From: Alphaproteobacteria bacterium
GTDB lineage: Bacteria > Pseudomonadota > Alphaproteobacteria > GCA-2731375
Assembly (NCBI GenBank): GCA_965225945.1
Contig: CBDDBZ010000020.1
Span: 58,368 to 122,367, forward strand
DNA length: 64,000 nt
Direction: 5' to 3'
Shown here: one piece after another, positions 11,501-21,417 of the stretch
How the letters are laid out: each line of letters opens with the position of its first letter
Position numbering within the stretch: position 1 is the stretch's first letter
Notes under the pieces: generated by a model
Told to the model about the DNA's origin: nothing
The model's database searches: none
The model's input: only the letters and a program-made list of their open reading frames with translations
Translations under genes and position numbers: made by a program

Positions 11501-11936
11501 GCTCGGCTATCTGCGTGAGGGCGGCTTCGGCCGTATCGAGGCGCCGCACGAGGGCTGGTACGACACCGGCGACATCGTCGAGATCGACAGCGACGGCTTC
11601 ATCACCATTGTCGGGCGGGTCAAGCGCTTCGCCAAGATCGGTGGCGAGATGGTCTCGCTGACCCAGGTCGAGCAGCGCGCGGCGGAGCTCTGGCCCGAGA
11701 CCCGGCACGCGGCGGTCGCGCTGCCGGACCCGAGGCGAGGGGAGCAGATCATCCTGCTGACCGAACAGCTCGATGCCGAGCGCGCCGATATCCAGGCCCA
11801 CATGCAGGGCATGGGCGATGCCGAGATCACGATTCCCCGAGCCGTGGTGAAGCTGGCGGAACTGCCGCTCCATGGTAGCGGCAAGGTCGACTATGTGACG
11901 AGCGAGACGCTCGCCGGCGCGGCGCTCGCGGACTGA
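8505..11936 (+). CDS. aas: acyl-[ACP]--phospholipid O-acyltransferase (MFS + acyltransferase + AMP-binding fusion)
   Basis: TQFLGAFNDNAFK MFS, NHTSYLD/FPEG acyltransferase, FTSGSEGKPKG and EGYGATE adenylation motifs. Confidence 0.93.
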   Translation: MTDSQFELLRSRRFLPLFVTQFLGAFNDNAFKNALIILVTFRGADALGLDAGIMVALAAGIFILPFFLCSATAGQLADKHEKAKLIRIIKFAEIVAMALAVVGLFRQDVWMLMGVLFLMGTQSAFFGPLKYAILPDHVARERLLAANGLIEAATFIAILLGTIAGGVLILLAQGTLYISVLVVGLAVLGFVASCFIPSAGPAIPDLAINPNFPAEIGNIIGHARTRREVFLSIMGISWFWLVGAVYLAELPTYAKDVLGANEHVVTLFLATFAIGIAVGSVLCNRALRGDISAKFVPVGAIAMTVFALDLVAASTGVPTPAGGAAMSIGHIITSFAGVRILVDLFLMALAGGFYTVPLYVILQAASSAEHRARNIAANNILNALFMVLGAGATIVLLALGSSVPDIFLYIAILNAAVAAYICKLLPREVVNAVARWILGLLYRVEVRGEANFRAAGNRVVIVANHTSYLDGALLCAYLPRTPTFAINSHVASKWWAKPAFLLFELLPLDPTNPMAAKTLVGAVKAGKRCLIFPEGRITTTGSLMKVYEGPGTIADLAGAKILPIRIEGAQYTPFSRLGDKLRLRWFPRITLTILEPRALEAPAELKGRARRRLLGEQLYDIMASMMFLTADTERTLFQALCDARAMHGGSKTVLEDVERIPVSYRRLILGALVLGRRLARSSKVGDHVALMLPNANGAVVAFFAFQAFGRIPAMLNYTAGVDNIRSACRAARAETVLTSRRFVELAKLEDVIAGLEAEAKVTYLEDIGAEISILDKLFGLAVRPVARFVAGLLSERATPSDPAAVLFTSGSEGKPKGVVLSHRNLLSNHYQLSARVDFNPTDKVFNALPLFHSVGLSSGLLLPVLSGVEVFLYPSPLHYRIVPELFYDTNATILFGTDTFLAGYARAAHPYDFYNLRHVFAGAEKLRAETRRAWAEKFGKRILEGYGATETSPVISTNTAMHYRAGTVGRLLPEIEAELEPVPGIEVGSRLFVSGPNVMLGYLREGGFGRIEAPHEGWYDTGDIVEIDSDGFITIVGRVKRFAKIGGEMVSLTQVEQRAAELWPETRHAAVALPDPRRGEQIILLTEQLDAERADIQAHMQGMGDAEITIPRAVVKLAELPLHGSGKVDYVTSETLAGAALAD

Positions 11937-12018
11937 GGTGCATGCTCCGTTTGGGTTGACAATTCCCGCCCGCCCGGAAAACATCGGGCCGCCCCCAACA
12001 GACAACGTGGAACGACGC

Positions 12019-14070
12019 ATGGCGGTGCATATCGGAGTGGATGTCGGCGGCACCTTCACCGACATCGCCATCGCCGTGGGGGAGGAGAATCGCCTCGTCC
12101 TCTATAAAACGCCCTCGACGCCAGATGAGCCCGATCGGGCCATCGTCGAGGGCCTTTCCCGCGCGCTGGCGGAGAACGCCATAAGTGCGGCGGACGTCGT
12201 GCTGTTGGCGCACGGCACCACGGTCGGCACCAACGCGCTTATCCAGCGCCGGGTCGGCAAGGTCGCGGTGGTGACGGGACGGGGCTATCGCGACCTTCTG
12301 GAAATCGGCCGGCAGATCCGCCCGAAGGTCTACGACATGCACACCGACTTCCCCGACCCGCTGGTCCCGCGCAAGCTCCGGCTGGAGGTCGGAGAGCGGA
12401 TGCGCGCCGACGGCATCGTCCACCGGCCGCTCGCCGAGGATGAAGTGCGCGAGGCCGGCGAATGGCTGCGGGCGGAGGGAGCGGACTGCGTCGTCGTCTG
12501 CTTCCTGCATTCCCATCTCTACCCCGCCAACGAGCGACGCGCGGCCGAGATCCTGCGCGAAGTCATGAGCGACACGACGCGTATCATCGCCTCCTCCGAC
12601 GTGTACCCTGAGTTTCGTGAGTACGAGCGCTTCTCGACGGCGGTGCTGAACGGCGCCTTGCTGACCGTGATGGACGCCTATCTGGACCGTTTCACCCGGG
12701 CCGTCGGCGACCTCGGCATCGGAATCGAGCCGACCGTCAGCCAGAGCGCGGGCGGCTTGATGTCGGTGGGCATGTCACGGGAATTTCCGGTCCGCTCGGC
12801 GCTCTCGGGCCCGGCGGCGGGTGTCATCGGGGCGGCCCAACGAGCCGGCCTGGCGGGCTTTGGCGATGTCATCACCCTCGATGTCGGCGGCACCAGCACC
12901 GACGTCAGTCTGCTTTCGGGCGGCGAGCCGTCGCTCGTCGGGAGCCGCCGGCTCGCCGGTTTCCCGTTGCGGCTACCGACGCTCGACGTCAACGCCGTCG
13001 GCGCCGGCGGCGGTTCGATCGCCTGGATCGACCGCGACGGCCTGTTGAAGGTGGGACCGGGGAGCGCCGGCGCCGATCCGGGCCCCGCCTGTTACGGCCG
13101 GGGTGGCGAGGCGGCGACGGTGACGGACGCCAACGTACTGCTCGGACGCTTGCCGGGCGATTCGCTGCTCGACGGTCGGATGGCGATCCGCCGAGACCTC
13201 GCGGAAGCCGCGGTGGATGCACTGGCCGCGGCGCTCGGGCTCGAGCGGATGGAGACGGCGCACGGCATCGTCCGCGTCACCTCGGCCGTGATCGTCAAGG
13301 CGATCCGCACCATCTCCATCGAGCGGGGCTTTGATCCGACCGGCTTCACCCTCTTCGCCTTCGGCGGCGCCGGGCCCTTGCACGCGATCGACGTCGCGCG
13401 CGAACTCGCCATCGAGCGGGTGGTGGTCCCGCCGAACCCGGGCATCCTCTGCGCCGAGGGACTGCTGGCCTCCGACCTGGCCGCGGATTTCATCCGTTTC
13501 GACCTGAACCGCTTCGACGCCGGCATCGTCGATGGTCTGCGAGGCCGAATCGCCGAGTTGGAGGCTCAAGTCGCTGGCTGGGCCCGACGCGAGACGGTGG
13601 CCGACGGCGATCTCGCCGTCTCCTGGGGCGCCGACATGCGCTACGTCGGACAGAACTTCGAGTTGACCATTCCCTTCGAGGCGGTGGACTTCGGCGCCGC
13701 CACGATCGCTCGGCTGGCCACTGACTTCCATCTGGCGCACGAACGCGCCTACGGCTTCGCCCAGGACGGCGAACCGATGGAGTTGGTCAGCGTCCGGGTG
13801 AGGGCGGTCGGCCGGTTGGAGAAGCCGCGCCTGCCGGAGCTGCCGAGGGGCGAGGCGCCGGGCGCACCCAGCGGCGAGCGACAAGTGATGTTCGAGGGGG
13901 CCGAATGGTCCACGGCCGCGATCTATCGCCGCGACGCCCTGGTCCGCGATCAGCTGGTCGCGGGGCCGGCGGTGATCGAACAGATGGACTCCACGGTGCC
14001 GATCTCCCCCGGCGACCGGGCTCGAGTCGACGCCTGGGGCAACCTGAACATCGAGCGCGCGGCCGAGTGA
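12019..14070 (+). CDS. hydantoinase/oxoprolinase A subunit
   Basis: GVDVGGTFTD, HGTTVGTNA, SGPAAG, DVGGTSTD, GAGGGS, DMRYVGQNFEL. Confidence 0.93.
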   Translation: MAVHIGVDVGGTFTDIAIAVGEENRLVLYKTPSTPDEPDRAIVEGLSRALAENAISAADVVLLAHGTTVGTNALIQRRVGKVAVVTGRGYRDLLEIGRQIRPKVYDMHTDFPDPLVPRKLRLEVGERMRADGIVHRPLAEDEVREAGEWLRAEGADCVVVCFLHSHLYPANERRAAEILREVMSDTTRIIASSDVYPEFREYERFSTAVLNGALLTVMDAYLDRFTRAVGDLGIGIEPTVSQSAGGLMSVGMSREFPVRSALSGPAAGVIGAAQRAGLAGFGDVITLDVGGTSTDVSLLSGGEPSLVGSRRLAGFPLRLPTLDVNAVGAGGGSIAWIDRDGLLKVGPGSAGADPGPACYGRGGEAATVTDANVLLGRLPGDSLLDGRMAIRRDLAEAAVDALAAALGLERMETAHGIVRVTSAVIVKAIRTISIERGFDPTGFTLFAFGGAGPLHAIDVARELAIERVVVPPNPGILCAEGLLASDLAADFIRFDLNRFDAGIVDGLRGRIAELEAQVAGWARRETVADGDLAVSWGADMRYVGQNFELTIPFEAVDFGAATIARLATDFHLAHERAYGFAQDGEPMELVSVRVRAVGRLEKPRLPELPRGEAPGAPSGERQVMFEGAEWSTAAIYRRDALVRDQLVAGPAVIEQMDSTVPISPGDRARVDAWGNLNIERAAE

Positions 14071-14085
14071 ACCGGCCGTCGGCCT

Positions 14086-15744
14086 TCAGAGCGGCGCGCC
14101 CGCCGGGTCGGTGATCGCCATGGTCACCGCCCGAGTGGTGCCGAAGGAGAACAACAGGCAGGAGTGGCGGCCGGCGGCGCCGGCGACCGCGATCTGCAAC
14201 TCCTCCGGCGCCGAGAGGATGCGAGATCCATTCCGCCAGTCCTCGCCGATGAAGCGGTCCGGAACCCTGGCGGCCATGGCGCGGCCCTGGGCTTCCGAGA
14301 TGTGGTGGCCGGGGATGATCGCGCGTTCCAGCAGGAATTGCTGCACGTCGCGGCGCGAGAAACCGTCGGCGGCGATCACCTCGGCGTGCTCCGGCCCCAG
14401 GATCAGCATGATCTCGCCGCCGAGGTAGCAATTGTTGCAGCCCGTCGTCGCCATGGAGCCGGCGATGGTCAACAGGATCTCCTCGGCGTTGCGGCCGAAA
14501 TGGTCGTTGACATTGTGTGGCCCCTCGACGCCGGCGAGCGTCACCGTGCTGTGCCCGGCTTCGTATCCGCGCGTCGTGTGAAAGCCACCCCAGGGATTGT
14601 CGGCTTCGTTCTCGGCGAAGCTGAAGGCGAACTTGGCCGGCGAGCCCTGGGTCGAGCGGTCGAGCACGCCGGGCGCCGCACCGCCGATGTTCAGGAGCAC
14701 GAAGCGAAGCGCGCGGCCGAGCGCGGCGTTGGCGAGACGGCCCTGGCCCATGGCGTTGTAAGTGGCGTTGAGGCCCGCGCTTTCCGCCGCCGGGCCGTTC
14801 ACCATCACCATCACGGTCGCGGGATGCGTCGTCGTCTGTAGCGCCTTCAGGTTGAGCGGCGCCTCCCCCAGCGCCCGCGTCGCCGCCAGCACGATCGGAA
14901 ACTGCGCGGGCTCGAGGCCGGCCATCACCGCGTTCGCCGCGACCTTGGCCACCGTCGCCCGGCCGAGCTTCGGCTCGACCAGGCTCAGGAGTTCGCCGCT
15001 CTCCCAGCCCTCGAGCATGGCCTCGACGCGGGCCGACGTCGGCGGCACCACTGGCAGGCCGTCGGTCCAGCCGCGCCGGTACACGAGCGCGTTGATGGCG
15101 TCCAGCGTCTCCGGCGCGTTGAAGCTCTCGGGCGCGTCGGGGCCGTTGAAGTTGCCCTCGAAGAGGGAGTGGTAGCGCAGCCGGCCCTTGGCCTCGGGCT
15201 GGCGCTGTTGGTGGAACGCCCGGAGTCGTTTCGCGTCGCCGCTCCAGCATTCGACGATCTCGTCGAGCGCCGCCGCTGCGATTCTCCCGACCTCGGCATC
15301 CGAGCGCTTGGCCATGGGGTGCGGCAGGATCACCAGCGGCAGCCCCGACATGCCGAGGATCTCCGCCTCCGACTTGGCGAGGGCGTGGAATTCATCCGTG
15401 CAGAGCACCACCGTGGCGATGCCCCGTTGCTCCAGCTTGATGGCGTCATGGATACACCACGACGTACAGGAGCCTCAATCCGCGAGCGCGGCCAGCACCA
15501 CGTCGCATTGCTCGAGAAAACCCGAGGTGAAGTTGGCCGGCTGGCTCGCCTCCTTGGAGAAGCGGGCGAACTCGATCCCGCCGTTGCGGGCCGCCAACAG
15601 CTCAGCCACCTTCTCTACCACCGTGTCGGCGTTCTTCTTGGAGTTGTTGACGAGACCGATGGTGATGCCCCGGGCCAGCCCCGGCCGGGCCGCCAGCGGC
15701 GTCACCTCGTGGCTGAATTCCCCGCAGGGGTTGATCAGTTCCAT
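14086..15744 (-). CDS. UGSC-family selenoprotein fused to TDGLPxxPPT-domain protein (in-frame UGA at 15475-15477)
   Basis: ORF 15475-15744 and ORF 14086-15411 are in one frame joined by AD-UGA-GSCTSWCIHDAIKLEQRGIAT; SECIS-like hairpin follows the UGA. Confidence 0.85.
15444..15464 (-). promoter_or_regulatory. putative bacterial SECIS element
   Basis: Stem CGUCGUGG/CCAUGACG with apical loop UGUAU starting 18 nt after the UGA. Confidence 0.7.
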
Positions 15745-16247
15745 CGCTGTCGGCTCCCTCGCGACGTCGTTCGGGCGAGCGCCATTGCAGCAAAATCGGG
15801 CGGGCCGGGCAAGCCGGCGCGCTCGGCCCGGCGCGCTCGGGCCGCGCCATCAGGCCATGGTGATGGCGCTGCCCATGGCCTTGGTGCCTTCGGCGTTGCG
15901 GATTGGCGGCGGCGCCTCGACGCCGCCGCGTGGAGATCGATCATCGAGGCCTCGGGAGTGATGGTGTAGAAAGCATCGATAGGCCGTTATCGCGACCGAA
16001 TTCAAACGCCGTATTCCGTAACGCAGGAGGAACACCCGTGGCCGATCTCGAACTCACCCTCGACGGCGCCGTCGCCACGCTGACCATGAACCGGCCCGAG
16101 GCCAGAAATGCGCTGTCCATGGAGATGCGCCAAGGGATGGACGAGGCCTTCCACCAGGTCGAGTTCGACGCTTCGATCCGCTGCGTCGTGTTGACCGGCG
16201 CGGGCGAACATTTCATGGCCGGCGGCGACGTCAAGAAACTGCACGCC

Positions 16248-17470
16248 CACAGTACACGACTCGTTCATGCTGGCTTTGGCCTGGGCACCTGGACTGGTGG
16301 TTTTCCGGGGACGAGGAAACGAATCAGCTCAATGGCTTGACGCCTGTCGATAGGATTGACGAGCTGTCGCCTTATCCACTCGAAACCGTATCGGAAGATG
16401 GATTTTGCCATCCTTTTGTGGGTTTTGAGGCGGATCGGCTCGGCCTCGTGGAGCCAATCGCCGACTTTGTGCGCCCAGCAGAAGGTGATGGAAAGGACGG
16501 CGGTGAGCTTGGAGATGCGCTCCGGGTCGGTCATGTGGGTGTCTTCGAGGTTGAAGCCACGGGTTTTCAAGGCGGCGAAGAGGGTCTCGATTTGCCAGTG
16601 CTGGGCGTAGATGGCCAAGGCCTCCTCGGGCGCGTCGTTGGTCACGACGATCAACAGTTCGCCGGTCTTGAGATGGAGCGCGGCGACGAAGACGGGCCTG
16701 GCCTTGGGTTTTCTGGCCTCCGAGAGGCGCCTGGCGTTGGAGAGGATGCGGCTTTCCCCGGGTTTGAGGTCGCGAAACAGCTCCCTCGCCTTGACCATGC
16801 GACCACGCGTGTTGGCGATCTTGATGTTGGATCGGATGCGGATGTGAAAGGGGATGGCCTTTTCCTGCAACCATGCCAGCCAGGCGTCGCCGATGAATTC
16901 CCGGTCGGCCAGGAGGCTGGCGATCTTGTCGACCCCGAAGAGCCGGAGGACGTGTTCGAGGATCGCGATCCGCTCCTTGGTATTGGAATTGCCCGCCTTG
17001 TCGAGCACCCGCCAGCACACGGGAATGGCGATGGCGCGGTTGACGATGCCGATCATCAAGATGTTGACGTCGCGGCGACCCAGCCGCCAGTTGGTCCGGT
17101 CCATGGTCAGCCGCCACGGCCCCGCCTGGAGCCCCATCATCGCGACCAGGAACTCGGCGAGGCGATCGTAATCGAAATCGACTTGCTCGAAAAACCGTTG
17201 CAGGCGCCGATAGTTGGAGCTGGATCGCGCGCGCCCCGGAAAGTGGCAGGCCAAGTGAGAGAGGTTCACCGTCCGGGCGACGAACACGCCGAAGACCAAG
17301 ACGCAAAGGCTCTCCAGACGGCTCTTGCGAAAGGCGAAGCCGCATCGTAGCGTCTCACGCAGGGCGTTGATCGGGTTGTCTCGCATGATTTCCCTCTTGA
17401 CTCGTCGTGGAGTGAATCGGGAATCCTACAACCTTTTCAACGTCCTACGTAAATGCCGTCGTGTACCATG
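16248..17470 (-). mobile_element. IS4-family element, copy 2
   Basis: Same TIRs as copy 1; 9-bp DR CTGCACGCC (16239-16247, 17471-17479). Confidence 0.93.
16265..17386 (-). CDS. IS4-family transposase (YREK Arg->His variant)
   Basis: Identical to 1287-2408 except YAQHWQIE. Confidence 0.92.
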   Translation of the reverse strand: MRDNPINALRETLRCGFAFRKSRLESLCVLVFGVFVARTVNLSHLACHFPGRARSSSNYRRLQRFFEQVDFDYDRLAEFLVAMMGLQAGPWRLTMDRTNWRLGRRDVNILMIGIVNRAIAIPVCWRVLDKAGNSNTKERIAILEHVLRLFGVDKIASLLADREFIGDAWLAWLQEKAIPFHIRIRSNIKIANTRGRMVKARELFRDLKPGESRILSNARRLSEARKPKARPVFVAALHLKTGELLIVVTNDAPEEALAIYAQHWQIETLFAALKTRGFNLEDTHMTDPERISKLTAVLSITFCWAHKVGDWLHEAEPIRLKTHKRMAKSIFRYGFEWIRRQLVNPIDRRQAIELIRFLVPGKPPVQVPRPKPA

Positions 17471-18065
17471 CTGCACGCCTATCTTTCGAGCCACGAAGGG
17501 CCCGGGGTGCAAAGCTACTTCCTGCACCGTATCCACGACCTGCATGTCATGATGTTCTCGATGCGCCGGATGGCGAAGCCGATCGTCGCCAAGGTCAGGG
17601 GTGCGGCAGCCGGTGCGGCAGCCGGTGCCGGCGTCTCGCTCGCCGCGGCTTGCGATCTGGTCATCGCCTCGGAAGACGCCTTCTTCACGCTGGCCTATTG
17701 CCACATCGGCACCACCCCCGACGGCTCCGCCAGCTTCCATCTGCCGCGCGCCATCGGCATCAAGCGGGCGATGGAAATGATGCTCTTGGGCGATCGCCAT
17801 ACGGCCCGCCGGATGGCCGACATGGGCCTGGTCAACTTCATCGTCCCCGGGGCCGAACTCGACGCCGAATGCGACAAGCTCGTCGCTCGTCTCGCCGCCG
17901 GTCCGACCCATGTCCATGGCATGGGCAAAAAACTGATGTATCGCAGCCTGGAGAACGAGTTCGAAGCGCAATTGCAGTTGGAAGCCGAATGCTTCGCCGA
18001 CTGCGCCGCCCGCAACGACTATCGCGAGGGCGTCGCCGCCTTCGTCGAAAAGCGCAAGGCGAATT

Positions 18066-18527
18066 TCACGGGGACTTGAGGGAACGAATGCATCCGACCT
18101 TCCTCAGCGCCGAATAGATCATGGCGCCGCCGAAGGCGGCGAACAGGAGGCCGATCGCGCACATGATGTAGAAGAACAGATCGTCCCACGAGCCCTCGAT
18201 GGCGTGGGTGCTCGGGTCGCCGGGCAGGTAGAGCACGCCGATGTCGCTCCGCCCCGCCACCAGGTCGCGCCAGACGTCTTCCTTCAGCGAGGTCTCGCCC
18301 TCGAGACGCTGGCCGGCGCGGGTCTCGAACTCGTAAGCGATCCAATAGGAGGTGCCGTCCTCGTCGTCGTAGTCCTCCCATTTATCGCTGACGAAGGCCC
18401 GGCCCGGCTCGCCGTTCTCCTCGATATTCAGCTGATGCAGCTTGGCCCAGATGCCGCCGACGATGACGCCGATGCCGAGCAGGCCGAAGATCAGGCCGGG
18501 AACGATGGCGCCCTTCGATTCGGCCAT
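18066..18527 (-). CDS. DUF3592-like membrane protein
   Basis: TM-soluble beta region-TM, VLYLPGDP motif; ATG overlaps phyH stop (TGATG). Confidence 0.75.
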   Translation of the reverse strand: MAESKGAIVPGLIFGLLGIGVIVGGIWAKLHQLNIEENGEPGRAFVSDKWEDYDDEDGTSYWIAYEFETRAGQRLEGETSLKEDVWRDLVAGRSDIGVLYLPGDPSTHAIEGSWDDLFFYIMCAIGLLFAAFGGAMIYSALRKVGCIRSLKSP

Positions 18528-19351
18528 CAGCGGGCCTCGGCGTGGCCGACGTCGAAGTCGTTGAGGCCCGAACGGTCGACGCCCCGCATCAGGAAGAGGG
18601 GGCGGCGGCCGATGTCGCTCGGCCTTACCCGTTCGGCCAGTTCGGCGCCCCAGGCGTGGTCGTAGTGCGAGGTGGTCGGCATGAAGCGCATGATGAAGGC
18701 GGCGCGCCGGTGGCCCGAGCGGTTGGCGTTGGAGCCATGCACCATGTAAACGTCGAAGATCGCCATCTGGCCGGCTTCCAGCGTCAGGTCGCGGGCCTCG
18801 GCCTCGTCGAACTCGCTTCCGTCCAGGGCCAGCTCCAGCAGCACTTCGGTCTGATCGGTCGGCACGTGGCGGCCGGTCCTGCCCATCCTGTGGGAACCCG
18901 GAATGTAGCGCAGACAGCCATTCTCGAGCGTGCTGTCGTCGAGGGCGAGCCAGACCGTGGTGTTGGCGAGCGGGCGGATCGGCCAGAACTCGCCGTCTCG
19001 ATGCCAGGGAATCGTCTTGCCCGATCCCGCCGGCTTGCCGAAGATCGTCGTGCCCCAGAGCAGGAAGTCGGGGCCGATGCATTGCGCCACCATGTCGAGG
19101 ATCGGCTCGAGGCGGGCGAAGTCCATCCATTCCTCGTCGCCGACGGTGCCCTGCGCCACGCCCCGGCGGAGGTGCGGCGTGAACATCTGATCGCGCGGCA
19201 CGTCGGGGTTCTCGGCGAGGAAGCGGTCGAGCATATCGCACATGCGGGCCAGCATAGCGTCGGGCAGCCGGTAGCTCGGCACCACCAGGCCCTCGTCCCG
19301 GTAACGGGCGACTTCCTCCGCGCTCAACACGTTGGAACCGCTGTTCGTCAT
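18527..19351 (-). CDS. phytanoyl-CoA dioxygenase (PhyH) family Fe/2OG oxygenase
   Basis: PWHRD (HxD), WLALDDSTLENGCL, MVHGSNANRS...RR. Confidence 0.92.
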   Translation of the reverse strand: MTNSGSNVLSAEEVARYRDEGLVVPSYRLPDAMLARMCDMLDRFLAENPDVPRDQMFTPHLRRGVAQGTVGDEEWMDFARLEPILDMVAQCIGPDFLLWGTTIFGKPAGSGKTIPWHRDGEFWPIRPLANTTVWLALDDSTLENGCLRYIPGSHRMGRTGRHVPTDQTEVLLELALDGSEFDEAEARDLTLEAGQMAIFDVYMVHGSNANRSGHRRAAFIMRFMPTTSHYDHAWGAELAERVRPSDIGRRPLFLMRGVDRSGLNDFDVGHAEAR

Positions 19352-19377
19352 CTTATCGACTCCCGGCGCGCAGTTTA

Positions 19378-19779
19378 TCATGCATCGAGCTGGCGGCGCA
19401 GGTCCTCGAGGTCGCCGAGGACCCAAAGCTCGGCGATCCGCCCCTCGGCGAGGGCGAAGAACGCCGCGCCCGCCCAGGTGACCTGGCGGCCCGTGGCCGC
19501 GACGCCTTGAAAGACCTCGCGGTGAACGCCGGTGAAGTGCATCCGTGCCGCCGCCCGATCTCCCTCCACCAACAATTCGTCGATGATGCACCGGTAGTGG
19601 CCAAGGGCGCGATGGACGCCGCGCATATAGTCGATGAAACTGTCCGCTCCCGTCCGCGTCTGGCCGAGCGAGCCGCGAAATCGGAAGTCGGGACTCAGGA
19701 TCTCGCGCACCAGCCTCTCGTCGGCCCGGTTCCAGACCTCGACATAGAATTGCTCGACCAATTCGCGGGGCGTCGTCAC
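19378..19779 (-). CDS. SnoaL-like ester cyclase
   Basis: FYVEVWN, EGDRAAARMHFTGVH, ATGRQVTW, WVLGD. Confidence 0.88.
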   Translation of the reverse strand: MTTPRELVEQFYVEVWNRADERLVREILSPDFRFRGSLGQTRTGADSFIDYMRGVHRALGHYRCIIDELLVEGDRAAARMHFTGVHREVFQGVAATGRQVTWAGAAFFALAEGRIAELWVLGDLEDLRRQLDA

Positions 19780-20004
19780 GGCGTCACCAGGCCCTTGAGC
19801 GGGCAGCCTCGAAAAGCGCCGGCAGAGCCGCCTTCCGGACCTTGCCAGTGCTGGTCGGCGGCAAGCGGTTCGTTCAGCAAGGCCGGTACGGTCCGGCTCG
19901 GGGGTTTCCGCATGGCTCTCGCATCTCCCGTCGGCGTCGTCCACGGGAGGGGAGGTTACATGGCTTCGCCGAGCGCTGGCGAGCCCGGTGCAAAGGCACG
20001 GCCC

Positions 20005-20541
20005 TCAGGTGGCCACGGCGGAGAAATCCCGCTGACCGAAGGTGCCGAAGATGTAGCCGGCGCCGTCCGGCGTCGATCTCGTCGAGCGTGCCGGCATGAA
20101 GACCGAGCGAAACCGAATTTCGCACCCGTTCCGGCGGCGATAATCGCCCTCGCAAGCAACCGGTCGACTTTCGGTGCGCGCGTGCTGGATCGCTTGCTTG
20201 ATCTTGCGGATAATTTCGCGAGGTATCGCCTCGCCGAGCGTGAGTCCCACCGGATTGTCGGGGAACGCCATTCGGACGGCATCGCCACAGAGCACGAACA
20301 CCGATAGCTCGACCATTTCGTCTTCACGCAGCAGGAAGCTCACGTCCTCGAGTTCGGCGTTCCGCCCGAGATCGAGATCCGCGAGGGAGGGCACATCGTC
20401 GCCTTCGGCCTTGACGCGGCTCCAATGATCCTGGACGCGCCAACCGGCCCGCCGCTCGTTCGGGAGTTTGACGACACCATGGGGAGAATCCGGACCAGCC
20501 GATGCATGGGACATGGACACGCGAACCTCTGACGATAACAT
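20005..20541 (-). CDS. PAS-domain-like protein
   Basis: ERR...HW...PSLADLD...FRSVFMP pattern typical of alphaproteobacterial PAS_5-like proteins; start uncertain. Confidence 0.65.
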   Translation of the reverse strand: MLSSEVRVSMSHASAGPDSPHGVVKLPNERRAGWRVQDHWSRVKAEGDDVPSLADLDLGRNAELEDVSFLLREDEMVELSVFVLCGDAVRMAFPDNPVGLTLGEAIPREIIRKIKQAIQHARTESRPVACEGDYRRRNGCEIRFRSVFMPARSTRSTPDGAGYIFGTFGQRDFSAVAT

Positions 20542-20703
20542 GGCGAACCGCGCGATCCTTAAGAGCCTCAACCCACTTATAATCGTTGGTCCATCGTTAA
20601 TATATACTTAATACGAAACCGAAAACAAGATCTCTACGCGCGGCCTTTCGAAGAATCGGACGAAGTGCATGTCATGCGGGCGAGGGGGGACGAAGTCGCG
20701 GCC

Positions 20704-21102
20704 ATGGCGAGGGCGGTGGACGAAACGCGGCTCTGGACGACGTTGATGGAGATGGCGAGGGATCCGGACGATGCCGTGCGTTTCACCGTCGGGCGCCTCG
20801 ACGTCAGCCCCAATTCAGCCAATGGCGTTCCCAATCGCGTGCGCTTCTCGATCGATCTCCGCCATCGCGATGCCGAGAGGCTGATAGGTCTGGGCGATGC
20901 GATCGCGCCGCTCGTCGACAAAACCGTCGCACCCGCATTCCATGATGCCGCCTTCTACGCCGAGCATTGCCCCACGGCGATGGTCTTCGTGCCCTGCGAG
21001 CGCGGCGTCAGTCACCATCGGAGCGAAAACGCGAAGCCCGGCGAACTCGCCACCGGGGTCAGGGTCGTGGCGATGGCCCTCCTCGCCGCCGCCGAGGTCT
21101 GA
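20704..21102 (+). pseudogene. internally deleted M20 Zn-amidohydrolase (allantoate/N-carbamoylase-like)
   Basis: RLWTTLMEMA N-terminus joined to FTVGRLDVSPNSANGVP...IDLRH and AFHDA...MVFVPCERGVSH...E; only about 130 aa. Confidence 0.75.
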
Positions 21103-21372
21103 AATTCCGACTCGAACACGGCGTGGCGGGCGTTCGCCGCCCGCGCCCGGCTCGGCGGCTGGACCGGTTACCAAGGTAAGCCCGGACCCGTGGTCATGCT
21201 CCGAGGCTTGTACCAATTCAGAGCCATACGTCACGGCCGGGGCCTCGCACGATATGTGTGGATCTCGTAGCCAACCACCGCGAGGGTACGCTCCCATGGG
21301 TGGCTTGGCCGGGGGAGCGGGTGGCCCGGCAATTCGGTTTTAACCTGAAGCGCTCTAAGTTCTGGAAGTCGT

Positions 21373-21417
21373 TGGAGGCGCGGACCGGATTCGAACCGGT
21401 GTGAACGGATTTGCAGT
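21373..21417 (-). other. 3' fragment of tRNA-Cys(GCA), probable island att site
   Basis: ACTGCAAATCCGTTCACACCGGTTCGAATCCGGTCCGCGCCTCCA; 5' half (acceptor/D-arm) absent. Confidence 0.85.

Larger units (their letters stand above)
16038..18079 (+). pseudogene. enoyl-CoA hydratase/isomerase interrupted by IS4
   Basis: NRPEARNAL...FMAGGDV before the IS, KPIVAKVRGAAAG...AFVEKRKANFTG after; reading frame rejoins across the 9-bp DR. Confidence 0.92.

Noticed and set aside
1203-17470. Composite transposon bounded by inverted IS4 copies
   Set aside because: Each copy has its own intact 9-bp DR, so they are independent insertions
21373-21417. Functional tRNA-Cys gene
   Set aside because: The 5' acceptor strand and D-arm are absent
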